DNA of 64,000 bases from Alphaproteobacteria bacterium (GTDB taxonomy: Bacteria; Pseudomonadota; Alphaproteobacteria; RS24), in contig JAKMDW010000075.1 in NCBI GenBank assembly GCA_022426245.1, positions 660 through 64,659 on the forward strand, given 5' to 3'. A program made the position numbers and the translations under genes. Shown one piece after another: positions 37,817 to 49,600 of this stretch (positions within the stretch are counted from its first letter, which is position 1; each line of letters opens with the position of its first letter). Below the pieces are notes generated by a model. It ran no database searches. It was not told the origin of the DNA and saw nothing but the letters and a program-made list of their open reading frames with translations.

Positions 37817-39667
37817 GTGTCTGAACAAAATACGGATATGGGAATGAGCCCGAGCTCTGATGATTTCGCCGCGCTTTTGGAAGAAAGCTTTGCCGCCGAT
37901 GCCCCGATTGAGGGAACGGTTGTGCGCGGTCGCGTCACCGCCATTGAAAATGATCTGGCGATTGTTGACGTTGGCCTGAAAACCGAAGGCCGCGTGCCTT
38001 TGCGTGAATTTTCCATGGCCGGCCAGCCTGCCGCTATCGGCGTTGGCGACGAGGTAGAAGTTTTTGTCGATCGTATTGAAAATGCGATGGGCGAGGCGGT
38101 TTTGTCGCGTGACAAAGCCCGCCGCGAAGAAAGCTGGGTCAAGCTGGAGAAAAACTTTGAAGCCGATGAGCGCGTCGAAGGGGTTATCTTCGGTCGTGTG
38201 AAAGGTGGCTTTACGGTTGACCTGAACGGCGCAACGGCGTTTTTGCCGGGCAGCCAAGTGGATATTCGTCCGGTACGTGACATCACGCCTTTGATGAACA
38301 CACCGCAGCCTTTCCAAATTCTGAAAATGGATCGCCGCCGTGGCAATATTGTTGTTTCACGCCGCGCCATTATGGAAGAAACCCGCGCCGAAGCGCGCAA
38401 TGAGATTGTCTCCAATTTGCTCGAAGGCCAGCAAGTTGAGGGCGTTGTTAAAAACATCACCGATTATGGTGCGTTTGTTGATTTGGGCGGCGTTGACGGC
38501 CTGTTGCACGTCACCGATATTGCGTGGCGTCGCGTCAATCATCCGTCAGAGGTTCTGACGGTTGGTGAGACGGTGCGTGTGCAAGTGGTCAAAATCAACG
38601 CAGAAACGCAGCGCATCAGCCTGGGCATGAAACAGCTTGAGGCCGATCCGTGGGATGAAGCGGCATCGAAATTTGAGCTGAACAGCAAAGTGACGGGCCG
38701 CGTCACCAACATCACTGATTATGGCGCATTTGTTGAACTGGATAACGGCATTGAGGGCCTCGTCCATGTTTCTGAAATGAGCTGGGTGAAGAAAAATGTC
38801 CATCCGGGCAAAATTGTTTCGACCAGCCAAGAAGTTGAAGTCATGGTTCTGGAAGTGGATGCTGAGAAACGCCGCATCTCACTGGGTCTCAAACAGTGCA
38901 TGGAAAACCCATGGGAAGATTTCTCATCGAAATTCCCGGTTGGCACGAAATTGTCGGGTGAGATTAAAAACATCACCGAGTTTGGTTTGTTTGTCGGCCT
39001 CGATAATGACATTGACGGCATGGTGCATATTTCTGACCTCGATTGGAATGCGTCGGGTGATGAAGCTTTGGCGCAATATGACAAAGGCCAAACCGTGGAA
39101 GCGGTGGTGCTTGATGTTGACCAAGATAAAGAGCGCGTGAGCCTGGGCATTAAACAGCTTGATGGTGACCCGTTTGAAAGCGTCGCTGATCTGCGCCGTG
39201 GTGATACGGTAACTTGCGAAGTAACCGCGGTCACTGATGGTGGCCTTGAAGTGTCTGTTGCCGAAGGCGATGTAACGGCCTTTATCCGTCGCTCTGATTT
39301 ATCGCGCGACCGCCAAGACCAACGCCCTGAGCGGTTCCACATTGGCGATAAACTTGACGCCATGGTGACCAATCTCGATAAGCGCGACCGTCGCGTCGGC
39401 CTGTCGATTAAAGCTCTGGAAATCGCTGAAGAGAAAGAAGCCGTGGCGCAATATGGTTCGTCTGATAGCGGTGCGTCACTGGGTGACATTCTGGGTGCAG
39501 CCCTGAACCGCGATGAGGCCCCTGCTGAAGAGGCCCCTGCTGAAGAGGCTGCTGCTGAAGAAGCTCCTGCTGAAGAAGCTCCTGCCGAAGAAGCACCTGC
39601 TGAAGAAGCCCCTGCCGAAGAGGCCCCTGCTGAAAAGGCAAGCGAAGAGGAAGATGGCGAGAAATAG
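37817..39667 (+). CDS. rpsA: 30S ribosomal protein S1 with acidic repeat tail
   Basis: Six S1 domains (AFLPGSQVD, DYGAFV..., GLVHVSE), YGSSDSGASLGDIL; GTG start after AAGGAG. Confidence 0.98.
   Translation: MSEQNTDMGMSPSSDDFAALLEESFAADAPIEGTVVRGRVTAIENDLAIVDVGLKTEGRVPLREFSMAGQPAAIGVGDEVEVFVDRIENAMGEAVLSRDKARREESWVKLEKNFEADERVEGVIFGRVKGGFTVDLNGATAFLPGSQVDIRPVRDITPLMNTPQPFQILKMDRRRGNIVVSRRAIMEETRAEARNEIVSNLLEGQQVEGVVKNITDYGAFVDLGGVDGLLHVTDIAWRRVNHPSEVLTVGETVRVQVVKINAETQRISLGMKQLEADPWDEAASKFELNSKVTGRVTNITDYGAFVELDNGIEGLVHVSEMSWVKKNVHPGKIVSTSQEVEVMVLEVDAEKRRISLGLKQCMENPWEDFSSKFPVGTKLSGEIKNITEFGLFVGLDNDIDGMVHISDLDWNASGDEALAQYDKGQTVEAVVLDVDQDKERVSLGIKQLDGDPFESVADLRRGDTVTCEVTAVTDGGLEVSVAEGDVTAFIRRSDLSRDRQDQRPERFHIGDKLDAMVTNLDKRDRRVGLSIKALEIAEEKEAVAQYGSSDSGASLGDILGAALNRDEAPAEEAPAEEAAAEEAPAEEAPAEEAPAEEAPAEEAPAEKASEEEDGEK
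39515..39634 (+). repeat. Eight 15-bp tandem repeats encoding (EAPAE)8 in the RpsA C-terminus
   Basis: gaggcccctgctgaa unit x8 with synonymous variation; one unit reads EAAAE. Confidence 0.95.
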
Positions 39668-39698
39668 GCCATTATATTGCGTTTGATATGATATGAAG

Positions 39699-39728
39699 TC
39701 CGGCCTGTTTGCGCAGGCCGGATTTTTT
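39699..39728 (+). terminator. Intrinsic terminator after rpsA
   Basis: TCCGGCCTG tttgcg CAGGCCGGA TTTTTT. Confidence 0.88.
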
Positions 39729-39811
39729 ATTTATGCAATTTCTAAGGGACATGCGCTTGACGCGTCGCGGCCTTAATGGCAGCTTATGAGGGTACTTTCA
39801 GAGGCGTGCGG

Positions 39812-40102
39812 ATGATTAAATCAGAACTTATTGTCAAAATTGCGGAGCTCTATCCGCATCTTTATCAACGCGACGTAGAAACCATCGTCAATCAATTGCT
39901 CGATGAAATCGGTGATGCAATGGGGCGCGGTGATCGTGTCGAATTGCGTGGCTTTGGTACTTTTTCGGTGAAACAGCGCGAAGCGCGCATCGGACGCAAT
40001 CCGCGCACGGGTGAATCGGTAGCGGTCGCAAAAAAGCATGCGCCCTTTTTCAAAACCGGCAAAGATTTGCGTGACCGCATGAACCGAGACGGCGGCCGCT
40101 AA
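39812..40102 (+). CDS. ihfB: Integration host factor beta
   Basis: [29 protein letters not shown]. Confidence 0.96.
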   Translation: MIKSELIVKIAELYPHLYQRDVETIVNQLLDEIGDAMGRGDRVELRGFGTFSVKQREARIGRNPRTGESVAVAKKHAPFFKTGKDLRDRMNRDGGR

Positions 40103-40104
40103 AC

Positions 40105-40575
40105 TTGGTCGGGCGCTGGTTGAAACCGGTTGCACTTGTGGCCAAGCAGCTTGCTGCCCGTTTGGTCTTTCTTTCTACTCTCATTATTTTGGTGCCACTC
40201 GCCGTGCTCAATCGGCAGAGCGTCAGCATTTCGTTCAACCCAATGGATTTGCTGCGCGATGAACCGCAAGGGCGTCTCGAAATGCCGCTGTTTATTGCGC
40301 TGTTCGCGCTGTTTATCCTCGGGCTATTATCGGGCTGGTTGATGGGGCGGTTTGGCAAAAACCGCCGCCAAGCGTTGCCGGGCCCATCGCATGCTCTTAG
40401 CCCTTCTAGTTCTAGGCCAATGCGCGCTGTCGTGATAGATAAAGCGCCAGACCAAGTCGACGCTGAAACCGAGACTGTGCCGCTGTCCGTAACCGCTTCT
40501 GCAAAATTGGACGACGCCTCTGTGCAGCAAGACCTCGAAACGGGAGAAGAAAGTGATGAAGCCCATGCGCGCTGA
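40105..40575 (+). CDS. LapA/DUF1049-like membrane protein
   Basis: TM, AVLNRQ.V.ISF.P, PLF.ALF, second TM; position between ihfB and pyrF; start uncertain. Confidence 0.65.
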   Translation: MVGRWLKPVALVAKQLAARLVFLSTLIILVPLAVLNRQSVSISFNPMDLLRDEPQGRLEMPLFIALFALFILGLLSGWLMGRFGKNRRQALPGPSHALSPSSSRPMRAVVIDKAPDQVDAETETVPLSVTASAKLDDASVQQDLETGEESDEAHAR

Positions 40576-41302
40576 TATTTATTGCGCCATTGATACAACC
40601 GATATGGCGCGCGCCGAGGCTTTGGCAACGCAATTATCCGGCCATGTCGGCGGATTGAAAATCGGCTTTGAGTTTTTCTATGCGCATTATTTGCTGGGCT
40701 ATCGGGCGCTGGCTGATAAGGGCGTGCCGATATTTCTTGATTTGAAATTGCATGATATTCCCAACACGGTCGCGCAAGCAGTGCGCGCGCTCTTGCCGCT
40801 TGAGCCGGGCTTGTTGAATGTCCATGCCGGTGGCGGCGCGGCGATGATGAAAGCCGCCGCCGATGCCGCTGCTGAAGCCGGTGATAAAGGCCTGAGCGCA
40901 CCGACCATGTTGGCGGTTACCGTGCTGACCAGCCTATCAGAAGCCGATTTGCACGCCATGGGTGTGCAGGGCAGTCCGCGCGACCAGGTTTTGCGACTGG
41001 CCGCATTGGCCCGTGATAATGGCCTGGGCGGCGTCGTTTGTTCGGCCCATGAAATAGAAGCCCTGCGCGCTGAAATGGGTCCGGATTTCAAATTAATCGT
41101 GCCGGGCATTCGCCCCGCCGGAAGCGCCAGCCATGACCAAAAACGGGTGATGACGCCCGAAGCGGCACAACAAGCCGGCGCCGATATATTGGTTATTGGC
41201 CGTGCCATTACCGAAGCGGCAAATGCCGGTGAAGCGGCGCGCGCCATCATGGCCGATCTGGCAGCCAGCGCGCCTGCGGGCCAGGCTGAAGGCCAGTCAT
41301 GA
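40556..41302 (+). CDS. pyrF: Orotidine-5'-phosphate decarboxylase
   Basis: LKIG, FLDLKLHDIPNTV, VTVLTS, VPGIRP, DQKRVMTP, VIGR. Confidence 0.97.
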   Translation: MKPMRADIYCAIDTTDMARAEALATQLSGHVGGLKIGFEFFYAHYLLGYRALADKGVPIFLDLKLHDIPNTVAQAVRALLPLEPGLLNVHAGGGAAMMKAAADAAAEAGDKGLSAPTMLAVTVLTSLSEADLHAMGVQGSPRDQVLRLAALARDNGLGGVVCSAHEIEALRAEMGPDFKLIVPGIRPAGSASHDQKRVMTPEAAQQAGADILVIGRAITEAANAGEAARAIMADLAASAPAGQAEGQS

Positions 41303-41312
41303 GCATTTTATT

Positions 41313-41969
41313 ATGACGACACCGGCGATTAAAATCTGCGGCCTGACGCGGGCGGAAGATATTGACCATATGAACCGCTTGGGCGTTGAATTGGTCGGCT
41401 TTAATTTCATTGAAAAATCGCCGCGCTTTGTGACACAAGATAAGGGCGCAGGCTTGGCCGCTATGTGTCGGCCGGCAATGGAGCGCGTGGCGCTTTTGGT
41501 CAATCCTGATGATGATGGCGTTGACCGCGCCATTGCCGCCGTCAGCCCGCATCGCTTGCAACTGCATGGTGATGAAAGCCCCGACCGCGTGCAGGAGATT
41601 AAACGCCGTTCGCACTGCGCCATCATCAAGGCGCTGCCGGTCGAGACGGCGCAAGATGTGGCGCGCGCCGCCGATTATAAGGCCTGCGCCGATTGGTTTT
41701 TATTCGATGCTAAACCGCCGCGCGATAAAGCCGCGCAAGGCGTGACCGGCGGCCATGGCGAAGCCTTTGACTGGACGGCGCTGAAGGCTTATGACCTCTC
41801 TCAGCCTTATCTTTTGGCGGGTGGCCTAACGGCAGATAATGTCGCTGAAGCCCTATCGGTCAGCGGCGCACCTATGGTGGATGCGGCGTCCGGTGTTGAA
41901 AGCGCCGCCGGTCAAAAAGACAAGCAGCTAATGGAAGCCTTTATCGCCGCCGTGCGCGGCCGGGAGTAA
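41313..41969 (+). CDS. trpF: Phosphoribosylanthranilate isomerase
   Basis: KICGL, SPR, QLHGDE, GGHG..FDW, LAGGL, D.ASGVE. Confidence 0.95.
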   Translation: MTTPAIKICGLTRAEDIDHMNRLGVELVGFNFIEKSPRFVTQDKGAGLAAMCRPAMERVALLVNPDDDGVDRAIAAVSPHRLQLHGDESPDRVQEIKRRSHCAIIKALPVETAQDVARAADYKACADWFLFDAKPPRDKAAQGVTGGHGEAFDWTALKAYDLSQPYLLAGGLTADNVAEALSVSGAPMVDAASGVESAAGQKDKQLMEAFIAAVRGRE

Positions 41970-41970
41970 T

Positions 41971-43188
41971 GTGAGCGTGGAGCAGAAAAACTCTTATCGA
42001 GCCGGACCCGATGAAAAGGGTCGCTTTGGACTTTATGGCGGTCGTTTCGTTGCCGAGACGCTGATGCCGCTTATCCTCGATTTGGAGGAAAATTATGAAG
42101 CGGCCAAAAACGATGCAGCCTTCGCTGCGCAGTTGGAAGATTTGCAGACCCATTATGTCGGTCGCCCCAGCCCGCTATATTTTGCCGAGCGTTTGACCGC
42201 GCATTATGGCGGCGCGAAAATTTACCTCAAACGCGATGAACTGAACCATACGGGCAGCCACAAGATTAATAATTGCCTCGGGCAAATTCTGCTGGCCAAG
42301 CGCATGGGTAAAACCCGCATCATTGCCGAAACCGGTGCCGGTCAACATGGCGTGGCCGTGGCAACAGTGGCGGCGCGCTTTGGCCTGCCGTGCACGGTGT
42401 TTATGGGCGCGACGGATATTGAACGCCAAAAACCCAATGTCTTTCGCATGAAGCTTTTGGGCGCGGATATTCGCCCCGTTACCTCAGGTGCCGGCACGCT
42501 GAAAGATGCGATGAACGAAGCGCTGCGCGATTGGGTGACCAATGTTGAGGACACGTTTTACATTATCGGCACTGTCGCCGGTCCACACCCCTATCCGGCT
42601 ATGGTGCGCGATTTTCAATCGATTATCGGTCGTGAAACCAAAGAGCAAATGCTGGCCCGCGAGGGGCGTCTGCCCGATACGCTGATTGCTTGTATTGGCG
42701 GCGGCTCTAATGCGATGGGGCTGTTTCACCCGTTTTTGGATGATGGCGAGGTTGATATTATCGGCGTTGAAGCGGGCGGTTTCGGTTTGGATACGCCCGA
42801 CCATGCCGCCTCTCTGGCCGGTGGCGAGCCGGGTGTGCTGCATGGCAATCGGACTTATTTGCTGCAAGATGATGATGGCCAAATTATTGAAGGCCATTCG
42901 ATTTCGGCCGGCCTTGATTATCCGGGCATTGGGCCGGAACACGCTTATTTGCGCGATACCGGACGCGTCACTTATGTGTCAGCCACTGATAAAGAAGCGT
43001 TGGAAGCGTTTCAGCTGATCACCCGCCTTGAGGGCATTATTCCGGCGCTTGAGCCAAGCCATGCGCTGGCGCATGTCGGTAAAATTGCCGGAGATTTACC
43101 CGCCGATCATTTATTGGTGATGAATATGTGTGGCCGCGGCGATAAAGATGTGTTCGCCGTTGCCGATCATTTGAATGTGGAACTTTAA
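41971..43188 (+). CDS. trpB: Tryptophan synthase beta chain
   Basis: [34 protein letters not shown]. Confidence 0.99.
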   Translation: MSVEQKNSYRAGPDEKGRFGLYGGRFVAETLMPLILDLEENYEAAKNDAAFAAQLEDLQTHYVGRPSPLYFAERLTAHYGGAKIYLKRDELNHTGSHKINNCLGQILLAKRMGKTRIIAETGAGQHGVAVATVAARFGLPCTVFMGATDIERQKPNVFRMKLLGADIRPVTSGAGTLKDAMNEALRDWVTNVEDTFYIIGTVAGPHPYPAMVRDFQSIIGRETKEQMLAREGRLPDTLIACIGGGSNAMGLFHPFLDDGEVDIIGVEAGGFGLDTPDHAASLAGGEPGVLHGNRTYLLQDDDGQIIEGHSISAGLDYPGIGPEHAYLRDTGRVTYVSATDKEALEAFQLITRLEGIIPALEPSHALAHVGKIAGDLPADHLLVMNMCGRGDKDVFAVADHLNVEL

Positions 43189-43190
43189 TC

Positions 43191-44018
43191 ATGAGCAGCC
43201 ACAGCACTGACAGCCCTCGTATTGATGCGCTATTTGATCGCCTGAAAGCCGATAAGCAAAAAGCCTTTGTCGCCTTTGTGACGGCGGGCGATCCCGACCT
43301 TGATATTTCGGCCCAAATTCTGGCCGGATTGCCCCAAGCAGGCGCTGATATTATCGAATTGGGCATGCCCTTTACCGACCCGATGGCCGATGGCCCATCC
43401 ATTCAGGCCGCGTCGCAACGCGCCTTGGCAGCCGGGCAAACGCTCATGGGCACGCTCGATATGGTGCGCGATTTTCGGGTCACGAATGACACCACACCGA
43501 TTGTGCTGATGGGTTATTACAACCCGATTTATATTTATGGCGTCGATAAATTTGTTGCCGACGCCAAGGCCGCCGGTGTTGACGGGTTGATTATTGTTGA
43601 CCTGCCGCCGGAAGAAGATGACGAATTATGCCTGCCTGCTATGGCCGCCGGGGTGAATTTCATTCGCCTGGCGACACCGACAACGGATGACAAACGCCTG
43701 CCCGAGGTTTTGAACAATACATCGGGCTTTGTTTATTACGTCTCCATTACCGGCATTACCGGTTCTGCTGCGCCGCAGCAGCAAGCGGTGGCCGATAATA
43801 TTGCGCGCATTAAAAACCACACAAAATTACCGGTTTGCGTTGGCTTTGGCATTCGCACACCCGCCCAAGCAGCGGCCATGGCCGCCATTGCCGATGGCGT
43901 TGTGGTCGGCTCGGCATTGGTTGATGTGATTGCCGAAACAGCAGAAAACAAGGCCGAAACGGCAGAAGAAGTCCTCGCCCTTGCCAGCGCACTGGCCGAA
44001 GGTGTAAAAAGAACATAG
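43191..44018 (+). CDS. trpA: Tryptophan synthase alpha chain
   Basis: [38 protein letters not shown]. Confidence 0.98.
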   Translation: MSSHSTDSPRIDALFDRLKADKQKAFVAFVTAGDPDLDISAQILAGLPQAGADIIELGMPFTDPMADGPSIQAASQRALAAGQTLMGTLDMVRDFRVTNDTTPIVLMGYYNPIYIYGVDKFVADAKAAGVDGLIIVDLPPEEDDELCLPAMAAGVNFIRLATPTTDDKRLPEVLNNTSGFVYYVSITGITGSAAPQQQAVADNIARIKNHTKLPVCVGFGIRTPAQAAAMAAIADGVVVGSALVDVIAETAENKAETAEEVLALASALAEGVKRT

Positions 44019-44069
44019 TTGAAACCAACAGCCAAGCGGTCAGCAGAGTGACCCTGGATTGGATGGGAA

Positions 44070-44945
44070 ATGAACTGGATTAAAAACTTCGTTCGACCGC
44101 GCTTTCCAAGCGTCTTTCGCGAGCATGATGATACGCCCGATAATTTGTGGGAAGCGTGTAAAAAATGCGGCGAGATGATTTTTCATCGTGATTTGGAAAA
44201 CCTGCAAAAAGTCTGCCCGGGCTGCGACCATCATATGCGCATTGGTGCGAAAGAGCGTTTTGACGCGCTTTTCGACAAGGGCATATATCAACTGATTGAT
44301 CTGCCTGATGTGGCGCATGACCCGCTCAAGTTTAAAGACCAGAAAAAATATGCCGAGCGCCTGAAAGATGCGCGCACCAAAAGCGGTGATAAGGATGCGG
44401 TTAAGGTCGCCAAGGGTGATTTGGGCGGACGTCCGGCGGTCATCGCCGTTCAGGACTTTCATTTTATGGGCGGCTCGCTGGGCATGGCCGCCGGTGAGGC
44501 TGTCGTGACCGCCGGTCAAACGGCGCTCGAAAATAACGCGCCGCTGATTATGGTTGCTGCTGCCGGCGGCGCACGCATGCAGGAAGGCATTTTATCATTG
44601 ATGCAAATGCCGCGCACAACGGTAATTGTGCAGCAATTACGTGAGCGCGGCCTGCCTTATGTGGTGGTGCTGACCGACCCGACCACAGGCGGCGTGACCG
44701 CGTCTTATGGCATGTTGGGCGATGTGCATATTGCGGAACCGGGTGCGCTTATCGGTTTTGCCGGCCCGCGCGTCATTCAAGATACGATCAAAGAAAAATT
44801 GCCCGAGGGGTTCCAGCGCGCCGAATATTTACTAGAGCATGGCATGGTTGATATGGTCGTGCACCGCCACGATATGCCGGCCACTTTGGCACGGCTCATT
44901 GATTTATTGACCGGTGGCCGCGCCCCTGAAGGCGCAACGGCTTAA
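44070..44945 (+). CDS. accD: Acetyl-CoA carboxylase carboxyltransferase beta
   Basis: C..C/C..C zinc ribbon, FMGGS.G, GGARMQE, PTTGGV, FQRAEYL. Confidence 0.97.
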   Translation: MNWIKNFVRPRFPSVFREHDDTPDNLWEACKKCGEMIFHRDLENLQKVCPGCDHHMRIGAKERFDALFDKGIYQLIDLPDVAHDPLKFKDQKKYAERLKDARTKSGDKDAVKVAKGDLGGRPAVIAVQDFHFMGGSLGMAAGEAVVTAGQTALENNAPLIMVAAAGGARMQEGILSLMQMPRTTVIVQQLRERGLPYVVVLTDPTTGGVTASYGMLGDVHIAEPGALIGFAGPRVIQDTIKEKLPEGFQRAEYLLEHGMVDMVVHRHDMPATLARLIDLLTGGRAPEGATA

Positions 44946-44954
44946 CGCCTCATT

Positions 44955-46271
44955 TTGTCCCATAGCGGTTCAGATGTGTTGCTCGAGCGTCTTTTGGCGT
45001 TGCACCCGCGGCTGATTGATTTATCGCTCGACCGCATATGGCGGCTTTTGGCTGCGCTTGACCACCCGCAAGACAAAACCCCACCGATTATCCATATCGC
45101 CGGCACCAATGGCAAAGGCTCTACAGCGGCCATGTTGCGCGCCATATTGGAGGCTGAGGGCCATCGCGTTCATGCCTATCACTCGCCGCATCTCACGCGG
45201 TTTCATGAACGTATTATTTTGGGCGGCGAGCCGATTGCCGAGCCGCTTTTGGAAGAAATTTTATCGCGGGTTGAGGCGGCCAATCAGGGGCGTCCCATAA
45301 CGTTTTTTGAGGTCACGACGGCGGCGGCTTTTCTGGCTTTTGCCGAACATCAAGCTGATTATTTGGTGTTGGAAGTCGGGCTTGGCGGGCGCCTTGATGC
45401 GACGAATGTGGTAACCCCCAAATGCACCGCCATCACCCCTATCAGCTTCGACCATCAGGAGTTTTTGGGCGATACGCTCTTATCCATTGCGGAGGAAAAG
45501 GTCGGTATCTTGAAGGCCGGTGTGCCGCTTATCTTATCGCCGCAACAAGCCGGGATTGAAGAATTTATTCTGAGCCGTGCTGCGCGCACCGGGGCCATGG
45601 TCAAAATGGCCGGACGCGATTTTACAGCGCGTGCGAGCGGGGAAGGCATCGGGTTCGCCATTGGCGATGTGTCGCTGGCCCTGCCGCAACCGGCGTTGCG
45701 CGGCAGACATCAGATAGACAATGCGGCGACGGCGCTGGCTTGCGCCCATTATTTGGGGGTAAGCGAAGCGGCTATGGCGACCGGTCTTCAAACCGTTCGC
45801 TGGCCGGCGCGCCTGCAAAAATTAACGCGCGGGCCAATGGTCACGGCGCTGAGTGCGCGTCTGCCCGATGCCGATATTTTCCTCGATGGCGGCCACAATG
45901 AGGCGGCTGCGCATATTTTGGCGGATTGGCTGATGACCCAGAAGCCGCGCCCCGTGCATGTGGTGCTCGCCATGTTGGCCAGCAAAGCGCATGACACATA
46001 TCTGGCGGCGCTCGCGCGCGGCGATAGGGGCGCGACGGGTGGCGCACAAATAGGCGGGCAACCGATCCATATTCATGCCGTGCCGATTGCCGGAAATGAG
46101 AATGCGTTAGCGCCGCGGGATTTGGCAGCCACCGCTGAAAAATGCGGCTTCACCGCCTCGGTTCATGAAAATCCGGCGGCGGCTCTGGCCAGCATTGAGG
46201 CGGAAGACGCATTGGTGCTTATCGCCGGTTCGCTTTATCTGGCCGGTGAGGTTTTACAAAACCATCATTAA
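44955..46271 (+). CDS. folC: Folylpolyglutamate/dihydrofolate synthase
   Basis: HIAGTNGKGS, SPHL, EVGLGGRLDATN, DGGHN, GSLYL. Confidence 0.96.
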   Translation: MSHSGSDVLLERLLALHPRLIDLSLDRIWRLLAALDHPQDKTPPIIHIAGTNGKGSTAAMLRAILEAEGHRVHAYHSPHLTRFHERIILGGEPIAEPLLEEILSRVEAANQGRPITFFEVTTAAAFLAFAEHQADYLVLEVGLGGRLDATNVVTPKCTAITPISFDHQEFLGDTLLSIAEEKVGILKAGVPLILSPQQAGIEEFILSRAARTGAMVKMAGRDFTARASGEGIGFAIGDVSLALPQPALRGRHQIDNAATALACAHYLGVSEAAMATGLQTVRWPARLQKLTRGPMVTALSARLPDADIFLDGGHNEAAAHILADWLMTQKPRPVHVVLAMLASKAHDTYLAALARGDRGATGGAQIGGQPIHIHAVPIAGNENALAPRDLAATAEKCGFTASVHENPAAALASIEAEDALVLIAGSLYLAGEVLQNHH

Positions 46272-46289
46272 GCCCGTATTAGAGGCTGA

Positions 46290-46610
46290 TTAGAGACTTT
46301 CGTCGATCCAGCTTTTAATGTCGCTTTTGGGTGCCGCACCGACTTTCGTGGCAGCGGCTTGCCCGTCTTGGAAAATCATCATGGTCGGAATCGAGCGCAC
46401 ACCATAAGTTGTCGGGGCTTCAGGATTCTCGTCAATATTGATTTTGATGATGGATAGCTTGCCATCATATTCGGCCGATAATTCTTCAAGCGCCGGTGCA
46501 ATCTGCTTGCACGGGCCACACCATTCTGCCCAAAAATCGACCAGAACAGGGCCGTCAGCATTAATCACGTTTTGCTCAAACTCGTCATCATTTATGTGCG
46601 ACACACTCAT
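46290..46610 (-). CDS. trxA: Thioredoxin
   Basis: FWAEWCGPCK, SIPT. Confidence 0.98.
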   Translation of the reverse strand: MSVSHINDDEFEQNVINADGPVLVDFWAEWCGPCKQIAPALEELSAEYDGKLSIIKINIDENPEAPTTYGVRSIPTMMIFQDGQAAATKVGAAPKSDIKSWIDESL

Positions 46611-46639
46611 TTCGGTCTCCTTTTCCGCTTCGGACTAAT

Positions 46640-49600
46640 TTAGGGGCGCGCCTGATGATTCTCAAGGGGGCTGCGCGCGTGCAAAATATCGTCCAGCGCA
46701 GCGTTCAAAATATCGGCGCTCAGCCAGTCAATGCGCCCGGTCTGGGTCCAAACCAGGCCACAGCTTACGGTTTTGCCAGGCTTGGCGGCGCGCATCAGCG
46801 CATGATAGGCCGCCATTTGGCTCTGATACAGACCACCGCTGCGGTCATTGGGCGGTGTACCGGTTTTGAAATCTACCAGCAAGATAGTCTTATCGGTTTC
46901 TACCAAGCGGTCAATTTGTCCCGAAAGCGCCAGACGCGACCCGTCATGGCGGGTCAGGAAACCGCCTATCGGCGCTTCAGCAAGTGCGCCCGCACCGAAT
47001 AATGGTGCCAGCACTTGGTCGGCCATCACCGCCATGACTTGCGCCAAAATGGTCGGATCGGCTGCGCCCTCATGGTGGTTCAAATAAGCTGTTGCCGCAG
47101 CCGCGCGTTGCGCCGGCGCATAGCGCGGTAGAATTTCCAACAAGCGATGTACCAAACGGCCGCGCTTGGCGGCTTGGCGCAGATGCTCATCATCTGCCTT
47201 TTTAGCTTGATCCCCGTCTTGGTCGGCATTTGGGGCCATCATCTTGACCATGGTTTCCGATTTGGCAGCATCAGTATCGGGCAGGTTAGAGGGTGAGAAT
47301 ATTTTATCGCCAAAGAAAGTGTGACCGGCACTGTTTTGTGTCGCCTGTCGCATGACCCAATCGGGCGATGCGGCTATCCCGGGCGTTGGGGCGTCGGTGG
47401 CCTGTTTTTTGCGTTCAAGCGGCATTTCGCCTGCCGCCAATGCGCGACGCTGCGGGTCGTCCAAAGCTTGCGCGGCCAGCGCATACCAGCTATCGGCGGG
47501 CGCCTCGCTCAGCCCTTTTTGCAACCATCCGGCGATATAAAGCCGGTCGCGGGCCCGCGTCATGGCGACATATAAAAGCCGCTTCTCTTCTTCAATCGCG
47601 GCCTGTTTGGCGGCCTCAGCTTGCGCCGCATTATGGCTGTCGCGCAGGTTTGCCGCCGCGCGCCAAAGCGGCACGCGCCGCCCCGCCGTATCTGCATTGG
47701 CATCAAACTGCACCCGGTCGCCACTGCCCCCTTGCCGCACGGCCGGTCGGCATGTGTCGGGCAAAAAGACGATTGGCGCTTCCAAACCTTTCGCGCCATG
47801 CACGGTCATAATGCGCACGGCGCTGCCGCCGGCTTCCATATCGCGTTTAATATCTTGGCTCCCCTGGCGTAGCCAATGCACAAAGCCTTGCAAGCTGGCA
47901 GCATGGCGCGCCTCATAGGCCAAAGCCAGACGGAGCAATTCGCCAAGCGGGTCGTCAATCTCAGGGCCCAGCCTGCGGCTTAGTAATTTATGCCCACCCT
48001 GCGCGCCTAGAAATTGAGCGATTAATTCATAGGGCGACAGAAAATCGCTTTTTTTGCGCAACCAATCGAGGCGCGCATGGGCGTTGACCAATGCCGCATC
48101 GGGGTTTTTTTCCAGCCCGTGCTGTATCGCCTGCCACAGACTGCCGGTGCGATAATGCGCCAGATCGAAAAGCGCGTCTTCATCAAGCCCGCCTAAGGGC
48201 GAGCGCAGAAAAATCGCTAGCGCCATATCATCGGTCGGGTTTAGCGCGACATCCAGCGCGCTCAGCATATCGGCGACCGCCAGCTGTTGCAGCAGCACCA
48301 TGCGGTCGGCGCCGGCCACATTAATCTGGCGGCGTTTGAGCGCCCGCGTCAACTCAGACACAAAGGCATCGCGTTTGCGCACCAGCACCAGAATATCCCC
48401 GGCAGTGATATTTTGTGTGGCATCGGCCAGCAGGTTTGAAATCTTTTCGGCAATTTGTCCGGCCAGCTTGCTGCGCCCGCTTATCGGCAGGCTGTCGGGA
48501 ATTTGCCACGCTTTGAGCGTGTCCTTATCGCGCGGTGTGGCAAGCGGCGGCCAAAATTCAACATGGCCGATGGCACCTTCCCGCTTGGCTTGGTGGGTCA
48601 TGGCCTGATTGCCCGCCGTGACACCTTTGCGCGCATCCTCACTCGCAAACACCAAATCAACGGCGGCAAGAATTTGCGGGGCTGAACGCCAAGACATGGT
48701 CATTGGCACATAGGAAAATTGTCCCCCAATGGCTGTGATGGCTTGTTCGAAATAATGGCGTTGTCGGTCAAACCCGGTCGGGTCTGCGCCCTGAAAGCTG
48801 AAGATGGATTGCTTTTCATCACCAACCGCGAAAATCGTGCGCGGTCGGTCATCGCGGGTCGCCAAGCCGGCATCGTCGAAAAACGCCTCCGCCAAGCCCG
48901 TGATGACCTGCCATTGCGCCGGGCTGGTATCTTGCGCCTCATCGACCAAAATATGCTCAAGGCCATTGTCAATTTTATATAGAACCCATTGCGCCGCGCC
49001 ATCACCTGCCAATAGTCGATTGGTCATAGCCACCAAATCATTATAGTCAAGCACCGCTCGGCGGGTCTTTTCAGCCTGATAACTGTCCAACAGCGCTTCA
49101 GCAAATACCAATAAAGCGGCGGTTAAATGATAATTGGTAAGCGCCATAAGGCGGTCATTGAGTTGCGCCATATCATCGGCGGCATCATCCAACGCGCGCG
49201 CTAATTCTTGGTTTTCCGAGGCGCGGTCTTTTGTGTAGAGCTTGGCGCGTGGTTTGCCCTGACCGGTAAAAAACACCGCACGCAAATATTGCCATGCCTG
49301 TTCCGGGTCACTGTCTCGTCGCGCCAGATAATCTGTCAGGCGTGCGGCCTGCGCTTGGTCATTCGCGCCGCCACCTTGAAACCAGTCAATCGCGGCGCGC
49401 GCAATGGTATCAAATCCTTCACCGGCCTTGGCAATCAGTGTCGCGGCGGCGGGCATATTGTCTGCGTCATCGCGCAATCTGTCGAGCTGCATGGCGCGGG
49501 CAAGGTCGCGCAAATTATCGCCGGCGCGATGCGGGTCAAAGCTGTCGCGCGTGGCAATAATTTGGCGTCCCAAGCTGATTAAGTCGCTTTCGGCCAAAGC

